Shown: one piece after another, positions 21,689-33,384 of the stretch
Layout of the letters: each line of letters begins with the position of its first letter
How positions within the stretch are numbered: position 1 is the first letter of the stretch
Assembly: GCA_038496445.1 (NCBI GenBank)
Contig: JALMLS010000383.1
Coordinates: forward strand, 1-35,015
Length of the DNA stretch: 35,015 nucleotides
Origin: Trichosphaerium sp. ATCC 40318
Lineage: Eukaryota; Protista; Tubulinea
Direction of reading: 5' to 3'
Translations under genes and position numbers: made by a program
Notes under the pieces: generated by a model
The model's input: only the letters and a program-made list of their open reading frames with translations
Told to the model about the DNA's origin: nothing
The model's database searches: none

Positions 21689-24472
21689 TTAACACTTATG
21701 CTTTCTTGCAAATTTAGGTGTTGTTGCCTTTATTCCATTTATACTTTCTCTTGTACAGCATATCCAAGAACATGTAAGGGCAGTGCACCTATTGCGAAAA
21801 TAAACTTTGTTGAACTACAAACCAATCATTGTGAACGTACTTCGTATCTTTCCTTCTCACCGCCACTTTTATCACCTTCGTCATCATCTTCATCATCACT
21901 ATCTTCATCTCCTATCCATGCACTCCATAGTGACTGTGCAGAATCTAGTGCTTTCTGTGACGAATGTGAATAACTTATTATTAGAAAGAAAAACCTATAA
22001 TTTGTTTGTTGTTAAATCATACGGCGCCTTTATCATCAAGTGGATAGTAAACGAGTATGTTTACTTTGGCATAATAAGCAGCAGCGATTTGAATTAGTGC
22101 CATCAACTCACAATCATTGCCATACCTATCAAGACATTTAACAATAAAACTTGTTAGTTTTCTTCTCATAATTGAAATAACTTACGCTCCACAACCCCTA
22201 TTTTCATCAGATTAAAATCAAACTAATACTTGTATTAGAACGTACCAGTTGCCAGTGTGTATAATTACACAGAACTCATCATCTTCAGACTCGTCATCCG
22301 AGTCAGACAACTCATCATCGCTATCATTCTGTTCTTCATCACCATTGGTGTTCTTTTCTGCAAGGCCCAATCCAATCTTTGATTCATGAACAGCTACAAA
22401 CATCAAGTTAATGGAAACAAAATCTTGATGAATGAAGGGTACCAGATACAAATGATGTGTAAGCAGTACGTAACGCATACTCAAGTTGCCACTTTTTGTA
22501 CTCTTTTCCCCAATCTTTCTGACAACCTTTTTGAAGTTATACAATTCCTTTCTAGTACAAAACTTTCGGCACCTGGTGCTTGCATGCTAACATAAAAGGT
22601 CAGTTGAATTAAATTATACGAATATTATTTCCATACCAAATAAGATTAGTCACTGTAGGTCCATTCCCAACTTTGGAAATTCCAGCTTTAATTGCCTTCT
22701 TTGATTTCGTTCTTCCTAATTTTACGCCATACAGCTTATCTGTATCAATAACACCAAGACGTTCAACGCCACTATTAAAAACCAACTCAGTATTTTGATA
22801 AAAAACAAAATGAATGTACCGAATAAGAATGGGTGTTGGAGATGAAGAAGCGAGGTTTCCTTCTTTTAGTGTGCGTGTATGAGTACCTAATTGCTTTATA
22901 TCACCATCATCCCGATTTGCCTTTACGAGTAGCACTGTAATAGCATTAAGACCAATAACAATATCAAGAAAATTCATGCGTTGGTTCAGCAAAACGTACT
23001 TTCACGAATTGAAGCAAGAGCTGGATGCTCTGCAACTTGAATTTCGTCTTGAGCAAATAAACTTTTTGCGCCATAGTACTTGAAAACGTCTCTAAAACCA
23101 ATCAATTAAACAATTCAAACAAAGAGCTGTATAATGAATTGCAACTTTACCTCTGTGCGAAGTTGAGGTACCAACTGAAATCGTTTGGCTATGTTATTTA
23201 GTAAATTAAATGTACCATTACAATGCATGTATTGTACGTACTTGTGGCTCCTAAAAAAAAGTGTTTAGCACAAAACAAAAAAAAGTTGTGAGGTTTTAGA
23301 TACCTTATCACAGTACAAGAATGGTCCTTCAGTCGATTCTATTCGTAAGTAGTGTTCTTCGGTATCTTCTAAAATATTCGCTTTTCCATTTCCGTCTGTG
23401 CGATCCACAACTCTTTTAGTGTCATCAACAACCTGAAAATAATTCAATAAAAAGCGTATGATAATGCTTGTACCTCTTTGCCATCAACTATAAATATATA
23501 CTCGTGGTTGGCATCTTCATCATCGAGCTCTGGTAGTTCTGATACAACTGTAGCCCAAACATTCTCTACACTTTCAAGTTAAAGTTGGGAATACAAAACA
23601 ACACAGTGTTTTTACGTACCTGTGTGTAACTCAATACACTGAAGATTAATTGGTCTATCTCTTCGCCATGTGTTGAATGTACCAACAACCTGTACTTCTT
23701 TTGCTTTGCGCTCAGGGTCATGCCAAACAAATGAAATACCGAATCCTATTAAATTCAGATTCTAATCATAAAATGATTGAAAACACGTGATAAACAGCGT
23801 CAAGATTAACGTCTTTCTTATAAAAATATCAAGGCTTCAAACAAATGTTTGCCCATGGGCGCACGTGATAAACAAAAAAAAGTTCAAGTTTGTGAATCTT
23901 GTGCATTTTGGCATGAATCTTGCCATGCAGCTTATACTTCAAAAAGTGTTTGTACCTGCGTTATCAGGGAACTTTGCGACATTTACTTTCGTAACAACCA
24001 CTTTTGAAGATGCTGTACCGTGTTTAGCATACTCTGCTATTGTTTTATACACAGTTTGCTTCCTTGCGCCATTAACTTTGGGTGGATACTTTTTAACAAA
24101 GCCGCTTGTGTTGAAGGTCCTTCTCATCATAAAGTGCTCTGGATCTACGAGGCCTAACATCACAGAATCAGGTTAATGAAAAAAGAGAAAAACCGCATTT
24201 GCTGTTGTTGTTTTGGCACGTTTTTTGATTTTAGGTACCCACGTACCATTAGAGCCTTCCTGTATTGATTTGCTATCCCATTTCTCTCGTTGAGCTAGGA
24301 AATCGTCATCATCCTCGAAATCAGAAAATTCTTCGTCAGAGCTTTCGTTTAACATGTTTGGTAGGTTTTCGATAATACTCTCTTCTCCAGTCCCTTGCTT
24401 ATTCCATTTAGCGCGTTGAGCTAGGAAATCTTCTTCATCCTCATAATCAGAAAATTCTTCGTAGTCAGACAT
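21689..24472 (-). CDS. PARG-family poly(ADP-ribose) glycohydrolase-like protein with an inserted CBM48 module
   Basis: Spliced motifs WYLNFAQR|DVFKYYGAKSLFAQDEIQVAEHPALASIRE, PTPILIR|GVER, PTVTNLI|CMQAP, YALRTAYTSF and IHTGNW|GCGA|YGNDCELMALIQIAAA. CBM48-like block FVWHD..KEVQVVGTFNTW..HEYIFIVDGKE..GNGKANIL at about 23375-23746. Confidence 0.85.
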
Positions 24473-24576
24473 GTTTGGTACGGTTAAAACTCATTGATAG
24501 AATACAATTGACTTTTATCTTGCGTTCCGCTTTATTTGAACGAATAGTGAGCCGGCTCGGTTTTATTTCGACCCTG

Positions 24577-24600
24577 CAAAATCCACTCGAGTGGATTTTG
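24577..24600. repeat. Perfect 24-bp palindrome
   Basis: CAAAATCCACTCGAGTGGATTTTG is its own reverse complement. Confidence 0.85.
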
Positions 24601-24856
24601 GTACTAGTCACATATTAACCTGTGCTGCCACACCCACCAATGGATGACATTTTGTGAGCGAAGGTCGGGTTCTTTTCCTGAGCGAAGTGATGGGCCTGAT
24701 TGAAAGCGAACAGTGCTCTATATTAGCTTGCATTTGTTGTCCCATGGATCTAGATGATTGTTATTCTAACGTTGTGAATTTGGATGAGAATGAAAAACAA
24801 GAAAGTGATGAGAAACAAACAATTAACAACTCATCGGGTGGAAACCTAAGAAAGAT

Positions 24857-25075
24857 TTGAGTAAGATACAATGGTACAGATGTAACCAGAAAGGACATTA
24901 TGTGAATAAATGTTGGAAAAAGAAACATCAAGGAGTGATAAAAGAGGAAAGCGCTACGATGATAGAGATGATTACACAAGAGATCATGGACGCAGAGGAT
25001 AGTTGTGATAGAAGAGACAGAGAATGCGACAGAAGAGGCAAAAGCCGTGATAGAAGAATCAAAGAGGTTATTTAA
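24857..25075 (+). pseudogene. Degenerate gag-type CCHC zinc knuckle (retrotransposon remnant)
   Basis: SKIQWYRCNQKGHYVNKCWKK fits CX2CX4HX4C with the first C mutated to W. An in-frame stop lies just upstream. Confidence 0.55.
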
Positions 25076-25094
25076 AACTCAATCTGTTTATTTA

Positions 25095-27051
25095 GTCAAA
25101 CATGAAAAGTGTCCCAAAACATGTAAAGTGTCCCAAAAAAAAATGCCATGTTTTTTTTGTAATTTATTTTTTATTTTTACACTATTTAATCTAGCAGTTT
25201 AAAACTTTCGTCACACGTCATTAACACCACTGCGCATATTCTACAACGTGCGACTTCTATATGAGCAACCATTCTCATGAGTTATAAATCGCACTTTAGC
25301 TGCGTCCAATTTGATGCAATTTGGGCACACCATGTGAGTACCACAATTGATGCACCACTTCCACCCTGCGCCACCTCTCCACACCTTTAACATACATTCA
25401 CGACAGGTGTAAATTTGATGGAAGTACTTTTTTTTAGCACTTTCTTCTTTTTTGCGAATTTGATTTTTTAGTTTGGTTTCTGCTCTCTGCTTCTTACGAC
25501 TTTCTTGCTCCTTCTTTTTTGCAACAGAGGCTGCCTTGCGCTTTTGTCTGTTAACTACTGCAGCTTCTTTTTCAAGCCTTTTTTTTCATCATACTCATCT
25601 TGATAATAGACCAACCCTTCTGTGCCGAATACATCCTCCTTTCCCATATGGAAGGAAATTGTTCTTTTCTTTCTAGGAGGCATCTTTGATTCAATTACAT
25701 GTTGCATTACTAGTTCAGCTTCTTCAACTTCAGGGTCACTTGGCGCAGTGGAGTTTGAACTTTTTTTACCAACATTTTTTTTGCCCGGTCCAAAATTTTT
25801 TTACGATCATACGGCCATATACCAACACTCTCCCAAGCGCTTTTAATGATATGAGGTAATAAGGCTTGTCTTTCTGCTTCGTGAACAATACTCAAATTAA
25901 AATATTGTTGGCTCCTAGTCACTATGGCATGCTTACTCTCTTGTGCATGCAGTTTTGTGAAAGTCTTGGCTAAGGTCGCAAATGGTTTATCATCGAGAGG
26001 TTGTTGAAAATGGGATGTATGTGCTGGCCATACCATGGTCATCACATTCTTTTCCATACATTGTAAGAGGTGTTCTTTTTTAATGTGAGGTGACAAGCGA
26101 TCCAAAAATAAAATTGCTGTTCGATCTCCCTGAAAACTCGAAATTTCTTTAAGGAACACTGTCAAAATCTTTGGCCAAATTTCATTTGTTACATAACCAT
26201 TGCGGTGATAGCAGTAGTAACGTGGCCATGATGAACGAGTGTTACGTTCTTTGTGGATCATGAAATTTGCCTTTTGAGTTGGCTTTCCATTTTTTCTAGC
26301 CGCCATAATGTACACTGTGAGGAGGACCCTCCCAGTAGCTGATACAAACGGGACCAGTGTCACATTTAAGCCTGACCTTAGTGCTATTGTACCATGATTA
26401 GTGCGTCTCCGTGCTCCCATCACATGGTGAGTAAACTTGTTATTTTTGAAAACAAAAAGTTTTTCATCAGCGTTGATCATAATTTCAGGAATGGTTGGGA
26501 TTCTCTCTTGAATTTCTTCATAGGCGTCACAGAACTTTCTAGTGAGGACTAAAGTCTTTGGTGTAACGCGTTGGTAGCTTATTGGTTTTGGAGTCGTCTC
26601 AGTAAGGAAATCTGACCAACGTTTCTTGAACCCATCAAACCAACCTCGCATATCAGATTGGGGTCTTTTTTTAAACAAAACACGTGCGGTACTCCGTAGT
26701 TCTTCAAGTGATAAAGGCATATGCATCGCATCAAACGCCATACAGTACCCCACGAGTTTTTTTTCTTGTGTTTTCGTAAATATTAAATTTCCGTGCCCCA
26801 AATTCTCCCGTCTAAGTGCTCGGTGAACTCTCTTTTGTAGTGAATTAGGGATTACGCCGTAGATAGCAGCCACTTCCGTGCAAATTTCGTTTAATGAGCC
26901 CTGTGGTTCCTCGCTTTTGTTGTGGTAAATTTTTATAACGTCATTGGCAGCAAGAGTGATCTGCGAACTCTTTTCATTAGGTGCGGGCTTCATTTGTTGT
27001 TCAACATTTTTGGGACACTTTACATGTTTTGGGACACTTTTCATGTTTGAC
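25095..27051 (-). mobile_element. pogo/Fot1-type DNA transposon
   Basis: Perfect 45-bp TIRs GTCAAACATGAAAAGTGTCCCAAAACATGTAAAGTGTCCCAAAAA, with TA at 25093-25094 and 27052-27053. Confidence 0.95.
25241..26993 (-). CDS. pogo/Fot1 DD35D transposase with C-terminal Cys-rich finger (two -1 frameshifts in A-runs)
   Basis: CENP-B-type HTH (GWFDGFKKRW), NADE, FLDRLSPH and QPLDD (35-residue spacing). Adding one A near 25764 and one near 25582 extends it to CRECMLKVWRGGAGWKWCINCGTHMVCPNC. Confidence 0.85.
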
Positions 27052-27409
27052 TAATTATTCAAAAGTGTAATTACAAAATACATTCCTAGCAATTATTTGT
27101 TGTGGGATGTATCACAATAGGTCTTACAATTTCTTCTCTGAACGAATGTTACAATAGCACTTCCGCTTTAAACTGAAAAGGCAGATCACTTGATTACATT
27201 GTATTAGCAATGTTAGGGTAAAGCTGAACCGTTGCTTGTAGATTCAAATAGCCCTATACAGGGTGTGGGTTCTATTTACGTAAAGATGTGTAGCGTAGCG
27301 ACATCAACAGGGCAGTAACATTTAAGCAATGAAATAATTTTGAATCTACGTTGACTTATATGCAAAATATTACCTAACCTTCACGTAACAAGCTAATTAA
27401 TGACTATAG

Positions 27410-27895
27410 ATGATTTACAACCTATCATACTTGCCGTTAGAGCTACAGCTCGATATGATTGATTTGGACCATGAAGTGTATTGTAAGTTCCCTTTACTAT
27501 CAAAACGGACAGCAACAACTACAAGGTTTGATTCTAACTTAAAGAAACACGGAAAATGGCGTTGCATGGCAAATATCATAGGAAAAACACAAATAGTGCG
27601 GCAATATCATTGGAAACATAATAAATGTCATGGGGAGTACAAAGAATGGTACGCAACTGGTCAAATACGTGAGATTGGTAACTACAACAATGGAGAAAAG
27701 GAAGGAGAGTTTAAGAGATGGCATGAAAATGGTCAACTGGCTGAAAAGGTTAATTATGTGAAAGATGTCAAGCAGGGAGAATACAAGAGCTGGTATGAAA
27801 ATGGACAATTATGGGTTCACTGTGCAAAGTTAGTTGATGGTAAATATCAAAATGGTTTTAAGTGCTGGCGAGAGAACGGTGACCTATATGAATAA
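27410..27895 (+). CDS. F-box-like + MORN-variant repeat protein, intronless
   Basis: LSYLPLELQLDMIDLD, LLSKRTA..RFD..KKHGKW and GEYKEWYATGQ / GEFKRWHENGQ repeats. Clear paralogue of 4984-5577. Confidence 0.85.
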   Translation: MIYNLSYLPLELQLDMIDLDHEVYCKFPLLSKRTATTTRFDSNLKKHGKWRCMANIIGKTQIVRQYHWKHNKCHGEYKEWYATGQIREIGNYNNGEKEGEFKRWHENGQLAEKVNYVKDVKQGEYKSWYENGQLWVHCAKLVDGKYQNGFKCWRENGDLYE

Positions 27896-28128
27896 TCCAC
27901 CCACCAAAACAAGAAAATTTGAGAAGAAGAAGAACTGGAATGCAATGTTATAATTAAACTACAGTTATCTGCAATCACCTCCTTTCGCTGTACAAGAGCA
28001 TAGTGATGTACATGAATACTAACCACATGTTTCTTTTCTTTGTTGAAGTTTATTGTAATCAATTCTATTCCATTCACTGATGACACGTTTTTAGCACCAA
28101 ATTACAGTTACAATGAGTACTTTGTACT

Positions 28129-30273
28129 TTAGTTATATTCAGCGCATAATACTTCGGTATCACTCTTGTAATACCTGTAAATAAGTATGGCAATAGCAAT
28201 GATAATACAAAGTAAAGCAACACCACATCCTACACCAACATAGAGAAAAGGGAATGTTTCGTCATCTTCACATGATGCTGAATCATTACGAATTAAATAA
28301 GACAGATCAATTGCTTCAACACTTAAGACGTCACAATCCTTTGTTTCAACTCTATCTGATAATTCTTGTACAGAAAGGCATCCTGGAGGTAATGTAATGG
28401 TTGCAGAACTTTCAAGTTGTATTGTGATATCTAGAGGTAAGATAAGTAACAAACCAGTTAAAAGTAAAAGCATATGTTCTTGACTTTACCTGTTGGACAT
28501 TCCAGAAATGTGACATTTGCTCCTGGAGCAAGAAAGATAACAGAAGTAGGAATATCGCCTACGCCAAGGTGAGAAAAGTTGGTTAAAATACAAATTTATG
28601 TCTCACCATCAATAGTTACATTGTCTTGAATTCGAATAGAAGGTAATGGTTCAGAACCAAAAGGAAAAGTCCAAACACCACTAACGCATGTAGCTAAAGG
28701 TACTGACCCTGAACATGCACTTGTAGGAGGTTCAACCATAAGAGCAACTGGCATAGTAGGTACAGTTGGAGCACCAGTAGTAGGAGCAACAGGAGCTGCT
28801 GGTATTGTTGGTGCAGATGGAACCTCAGTAGTTGGAGCGACTGGCGCAGTAGGCATAGTTGGTGCACCAGTAGTAGGAGCAACAGTTGATGCAGTCGGAG
28901 GTGAAGCAGCGGGAACAGTTGGAGGAGACATAGTTGTCGGCGTGGTTGGAGGAATAACAAATGGAGGGTAAACAATCAATTTTATGTCATCCCTTTTTTC
29001 GACTCCTAGTATTATTTGTCCAGTTACTGGATGTAAAACAGCGCTTTGAATGGCAGTGCCGAATGTATTATCAATACCGCCTAATAATTCACCTAGAATA
29101 CAAGTAAGAAAAAATTGAGAAAAACACGTCACCTTCGAGATTAACAATTGCTACTGCTTGATATGCAGCTGTAAGCATTAAAGTACTAGCAGTATATCTT
29201 TTAACAGAGTGATAATTCTTAAAAGGATCTATAGTTAAGTTCCGTAATTGTTGGGGTTCTTGGGATGCTTCATCAAAGTTATAATTCAACAGTGTATCAG
29301 CACCAATAATGATTAAGGAACTGTCGTAGAACAGGGCACCCTATTTACATGTTAGCTTAACAGCAATAAAAGAACAAAGGAAAATAGAAAGCACATACTT
29401 GGGCGTCTATAATGCCTGTTTGTGAAATACTAGCACCTAATCAACGTTAGCTTGTGAAAAAAAAAAAAAAAAGTTACAAAATAAGAAAACTTGTGTACCT
29501 GTAGATGTCGAGAATACTCTCATCTCCTTAAGTAAATACGCAACAGCAAGAAATTTTTCGTCTGGGGATAGAGACATTTGGCGTATAAAACTAGGATCTT
29601 AACAAACAATTACAAAAAAAACTATTTCGTTTCCTGGAAAATTTGTCTAATTAGACAACGTACCACCTGATGCGATAGAGCTCGCATAAGTTCCGTTAGG
29701 ATAAATCTCTAATATCGCCTGACCTTCCAGCATTCTTATACCAGAAACATATATGTTTCCATTTGAGCGTAATGCAATGCCTTGAGGTTGTGTTTGATCA
29801 AATGTTAAATCGCCGAATGGACTTTGAATAGTTGAGTAAGCCTTCGCGAATGTATCTAGAAACAACGAAACAAGTTAACAATCCACTAGAACATGCTAAC
29901 ACGTACAGTTTTCTGCATGATAAAACTTTAAGGAACCATCACTCATCCTGCTAACGCCGCTGTCCGCAATAATGAGATACTCTCCATCTAAAGAGAATAC
30001 AAGCTCTTGAGGGGTTATAATGCCTAATTAATAGATTAATGAGCACTACACATTATTCAATAGATAGTATCGGCTATGCGCGTCTTATACCTGTTTCATT
30101 GGTGTAAATAGCGTCATGGTCGCCATCTCCTATTGTTTTTCGTTATTTCACAGTAAAACTAAATTTGGCGTTGTACCAAACCATCCAGTAAACTCTTGAG
30201 CGTCGCCAATCGAGAAACAACCAAAAAAAGCGAACAACACCAAAACAAGCACTCGAATACCACCACAACGCAT
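28129..30273 (-). CDS. Type I membrane surface protein: signal peptide, beta-propeller (NHL-like) region, Pro/Thr stalk, TM helix
   Basis: MRCGGIRVLVLVLFAFFGCFSIGDA signal, PQELVFSLDGEYLIIADS and QPQGIALRSNGNIYVS blades, APTT stalk, TM LYVGVGCGVALLCIIIAIAILIY. Confidence 0.75.
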
Positions 30274-30744
30274 AGAATAGTGCTTATCCGCGTAGAGACA
30301 GGTAACGTACTGATATAGTCGCAATAACTGAATGGATTCCAGATTTAGATGTATCGAAAAATGGATAGGAACATTTTTGACTTGTGCAAATACTTCGTGA
30401 TTAGCGCGAACAAATAAAATGAACTGTATGTATGTACTACTTTCACGAACTTCAGTGCAATATTGTTACTGTAATAGCTATCAAAACAAGCTAACCTTGC
30501 CTTTTTTAGTTTTCATACATTGTATTTCAGTTTTATTCAAGCGTATACTTTGGTATCACTCTTGGGTTTGCACTACCTTAACTAAATTAGGCGCTATGTT
30601 ACATGATCCAAAAAAGGTCGGTTGTTTTACTTAGACAGCTTCCACGAGGTAAAACTATAACAATTCAGGTGGTACGAAACCGTAGTTTGCAATGATTTCA
30701 CTCAGCATTTTTTGTATTTTATACAATCATTAGTACACTTAGAA

Positions 30745-32938
30745 CTATAAAGAGTATTGACAATTTGGTAGCATACCCAGCAGAGGTACACTTTGGAGCT
30801 CCAAAATTGAAGTTAAATAATATAGATGTCCTCCCTGCCAGCTGTTGTCTGTTCTCTGTTACGTCAAAACAAAGGTTTGTAGAAGCTATTTTGTATATTA
30901 CAGTATCACATGCTGCACTCTGAGTTATAGTGACAGTCCTTGTCTATGAAAACCAAATCAGCGAAAAAATCCTCGGCAACTTTTCTGTATTTTTGGGAAA
31001 TACTATGCAACGTGACGTACAAGACTGGTAGGCTTAATTTCTATAAAAGGTGATTTAATGCAATCATCAACATTAAAGGTTATATCTCCACTACCAAACT
31101 CAATAATTCCTCCATCTGGTAGAAAAACATTGCCTAATGTACAAAGCTGTTAGCATCATTTTTCTAAAACAGGTTTTTTTTTTCAAACGAAATAAGTGCC
31201 TTCAAGATTAATGTTGTTGTCTACTATTATAATTTCGTTTTTAGTCACAAGTTCACTCCAAATAACAGATATTGGAGCGTTCGCACTACTGTTCGTAGGC
31301 GCTGATGTTGGTGCTTCTGTAGTTGGGGCAGCTGTGGTTGGCGCTTCTGTAGTTGGGGAAGCTGTTGTTGGTGCTTCTGTAGTCGGAGAAGCTGTTGTTG
31401 GTGCTTCTGTAGTTGGGGCAGCTGTGGTTGGCGCTTCTGTAGTTGGGGAAGCTGTTGTTGGTGCTTCTGTAGTCGGAGAAGCTGTTGTTGAGGAAGGTGA
31501 AGATGGTGGTGGGCTTTGAGCAAATGATACATTACCGTTTCCCGAACTCCATGAGTTCACAATAGCACCTCCTTTTTTATCTGTTTGTGGGTTTGCTATA
31601 AAAAGATGTAAGAATAATAAATAGTCGCTTTTGCTTGGACCTGAATGGAATTCCCAGTGATGGAGCATATCAGGATCAGAAACCTCTGGCTGGCCATTAG
31701 CAGTTGCATTAAGTTGTGATGCTGTTCGAATTCCACTCCAAACTGTTACTTCAGCAATTTGGCCCTTTTATTAGATTAATTTTGTTGCGCATTGGGAAAA
31801 AAAAAAGGTACTTCAAGCTTTCCATAGTTTGTTTTTTAGAACGTACTGTATAAAATGGTCTAAAGGCAATATCATGTCCTCTGTAAGCACAACCAATTGA
31901 TACGTTGTTACCATCAACAGCTGTAGGCGAGACACTAACAGTGTAACTAGTATTTCCTGAATCTATGTCTAAAGGATCATAATACATGATGTTGACACTC
32001 CCATTTGAAGCTGTTTTAGAAAGTGAAACATACATCTATCAAGTTATTAATAAACGAATAATATATCCACAAAAAAAAAAGCAACTCTTAGCAGCTTTTA
32101 AACGTTGTTGATGCGGATGCTTTAGCTTGTGTATATAACCTCATTTCGTCATCGTAAACGGAGAGGCTGTGCCGACACTCGACAACGAAAATAACACGAG
32201 TTTTTGTGTCAATAAAATAGAACTTTGCGTACCCATTTATTTGCTGGCATTACTTCTGTGTGAGTGTTAAACTCTTCACACCAAACAGCATCAGGTTTGA
32301 AATGCTCATAAGTCAACTGGGCGTTCGATTGGGCTACAATACCTCCAATAGTAAAAAGAAATCCATTTGCAACATCGCAACCACCTTGCTTTGTTGAAAA
32401 CAAAGGATTCAACCCGCAGGCATACGGGTTTGGACAACTAAACAAAACGTTACGTATGATTTAAAAAAAACGACAAACTTGCAAACAACAGGCAGGTATT
32501 TCAAAAAAACCCGCCAGTAAGGTTTTGTGGGGCAAACCAGTTGGTTTCCGAGCAAGCAATCAAAATATTTTTGTTGATACAATAACGTACTCCCATTTCA
32601 CCCATAAGCTCACTGTTAGTGAATCATATGAACCAAGGTTTATATCAGTTTGTAAACAACTATTTCCGCCAAAAGTTGCTCCGTAGTCCGTAGGTACGTA
32701 CGAGTACACTATAGAGTAATTAGATACCGTACAGGCTCATCATCCAATTAATTTGAATGCTAATCATCAAATACGTTCACAAAGCAAAAACACAACGAAG
32801 TCCGTTATTTAAACTCGAAATTACGTTGTGCAAACCAAAAGAGTTTCTGTATTCGTAAATTCTACAGTTCGTACCCCCACGCGATAGTATAGATAATAAT
32901 ATGGCTAACAATAGGAGCTGAAAGCTCAGCTTTTCCAT
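30745..32938 (-). CDS. Secreted/surface protein with LamG-like domain and TEAPT mucin stalk, possible GPI anchor
   Basis: [21 protein letters not shown] signal, [24 protein letters not shown] (Laminin_G_3-like), (TTEAPTTA[S/A]P)n stalk, hydrophobic end [12 protein letters not shown]. Confidence 0.7.
31300..31490 (-). repeat. Coding tandem repeat (30-bp units with a 90-bp higher-order duplication)
   Basis: About six units of GCTGT(T/G)GTTGG(T/C)GCTTCTGTAGT(T/C)GG..; 31311-31400 recurs at 31401-31490. Confidence 0.9.
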
Positions 32939-33238
32939 TTGTGTGTCGCACTCAGCCAGTTCAGGACAATTTTCCTATTTTGTAGAGAAACGCTCCGTTT
33001 TTGACACTAAAAAGACCTACAACTTACGTAATTTATTATGAACATTAGTGTAAAAGTGTGCATGCTGATCAAGCATGTATTTTAGTAATTCTTTCCTTGT
33101 TAAACTAGTCCATCCAACATGCCAAATTTGCTAAACAAACTTCCCTTTACATAATTATGTGTAGAAGCTAAATGGATTGCTTAGGAAACACTGTAACGTT
33201 CTTACATGTCGGCATCCACTTAAACATTTCCGCTTTGC

Positions 33239-33384
33239 GGCAAAAAAGCCGAAAATTGTGCGAGTTTCCTGTCATTTAGAGCGCGTTTTACAAAGAAAAC
33301 TCGTAAAGTTGTCAGCTGTAGCGTTTGTTGTCATTTTTTGACGTGTTTACAAAGAAAACTCGCACTGTTTTCGGCTTTTTTGCC
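33239..33384. repeat. Inverted repeat with 32-bp arms, overlapping a pair of direct repeats
   Basis: GGCAAAAAAGCCGAAAATTGTGCGAGTTTCCT versus reverse complement GGCAAAAAAGCCGAAAACAGTGCGAGTTTTCT. TTTACAAAGAAAACTCG occurs twice inside. Confidence 0.7.

Noticed and set aside
26994-27044. ORF-track start for the pogo transposase (MKSVPKHVKCPK)
   Set aside because: This ATG lies inside the TIR; 26993 is more plausible.
4984-27895. Endogenous giant virus region or toxin-antitoxin locus
   Set aside because: No NCLDV core genes or toxin partner; the MORN genes sit among ordinary intron-rich host genes.
31300-31490. CRISPR-like array
   Set aside because: No unique spacers; it is a coding TEAPT repeat. 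The antisense VVGA and Q/L-rich ORFs are shadows.
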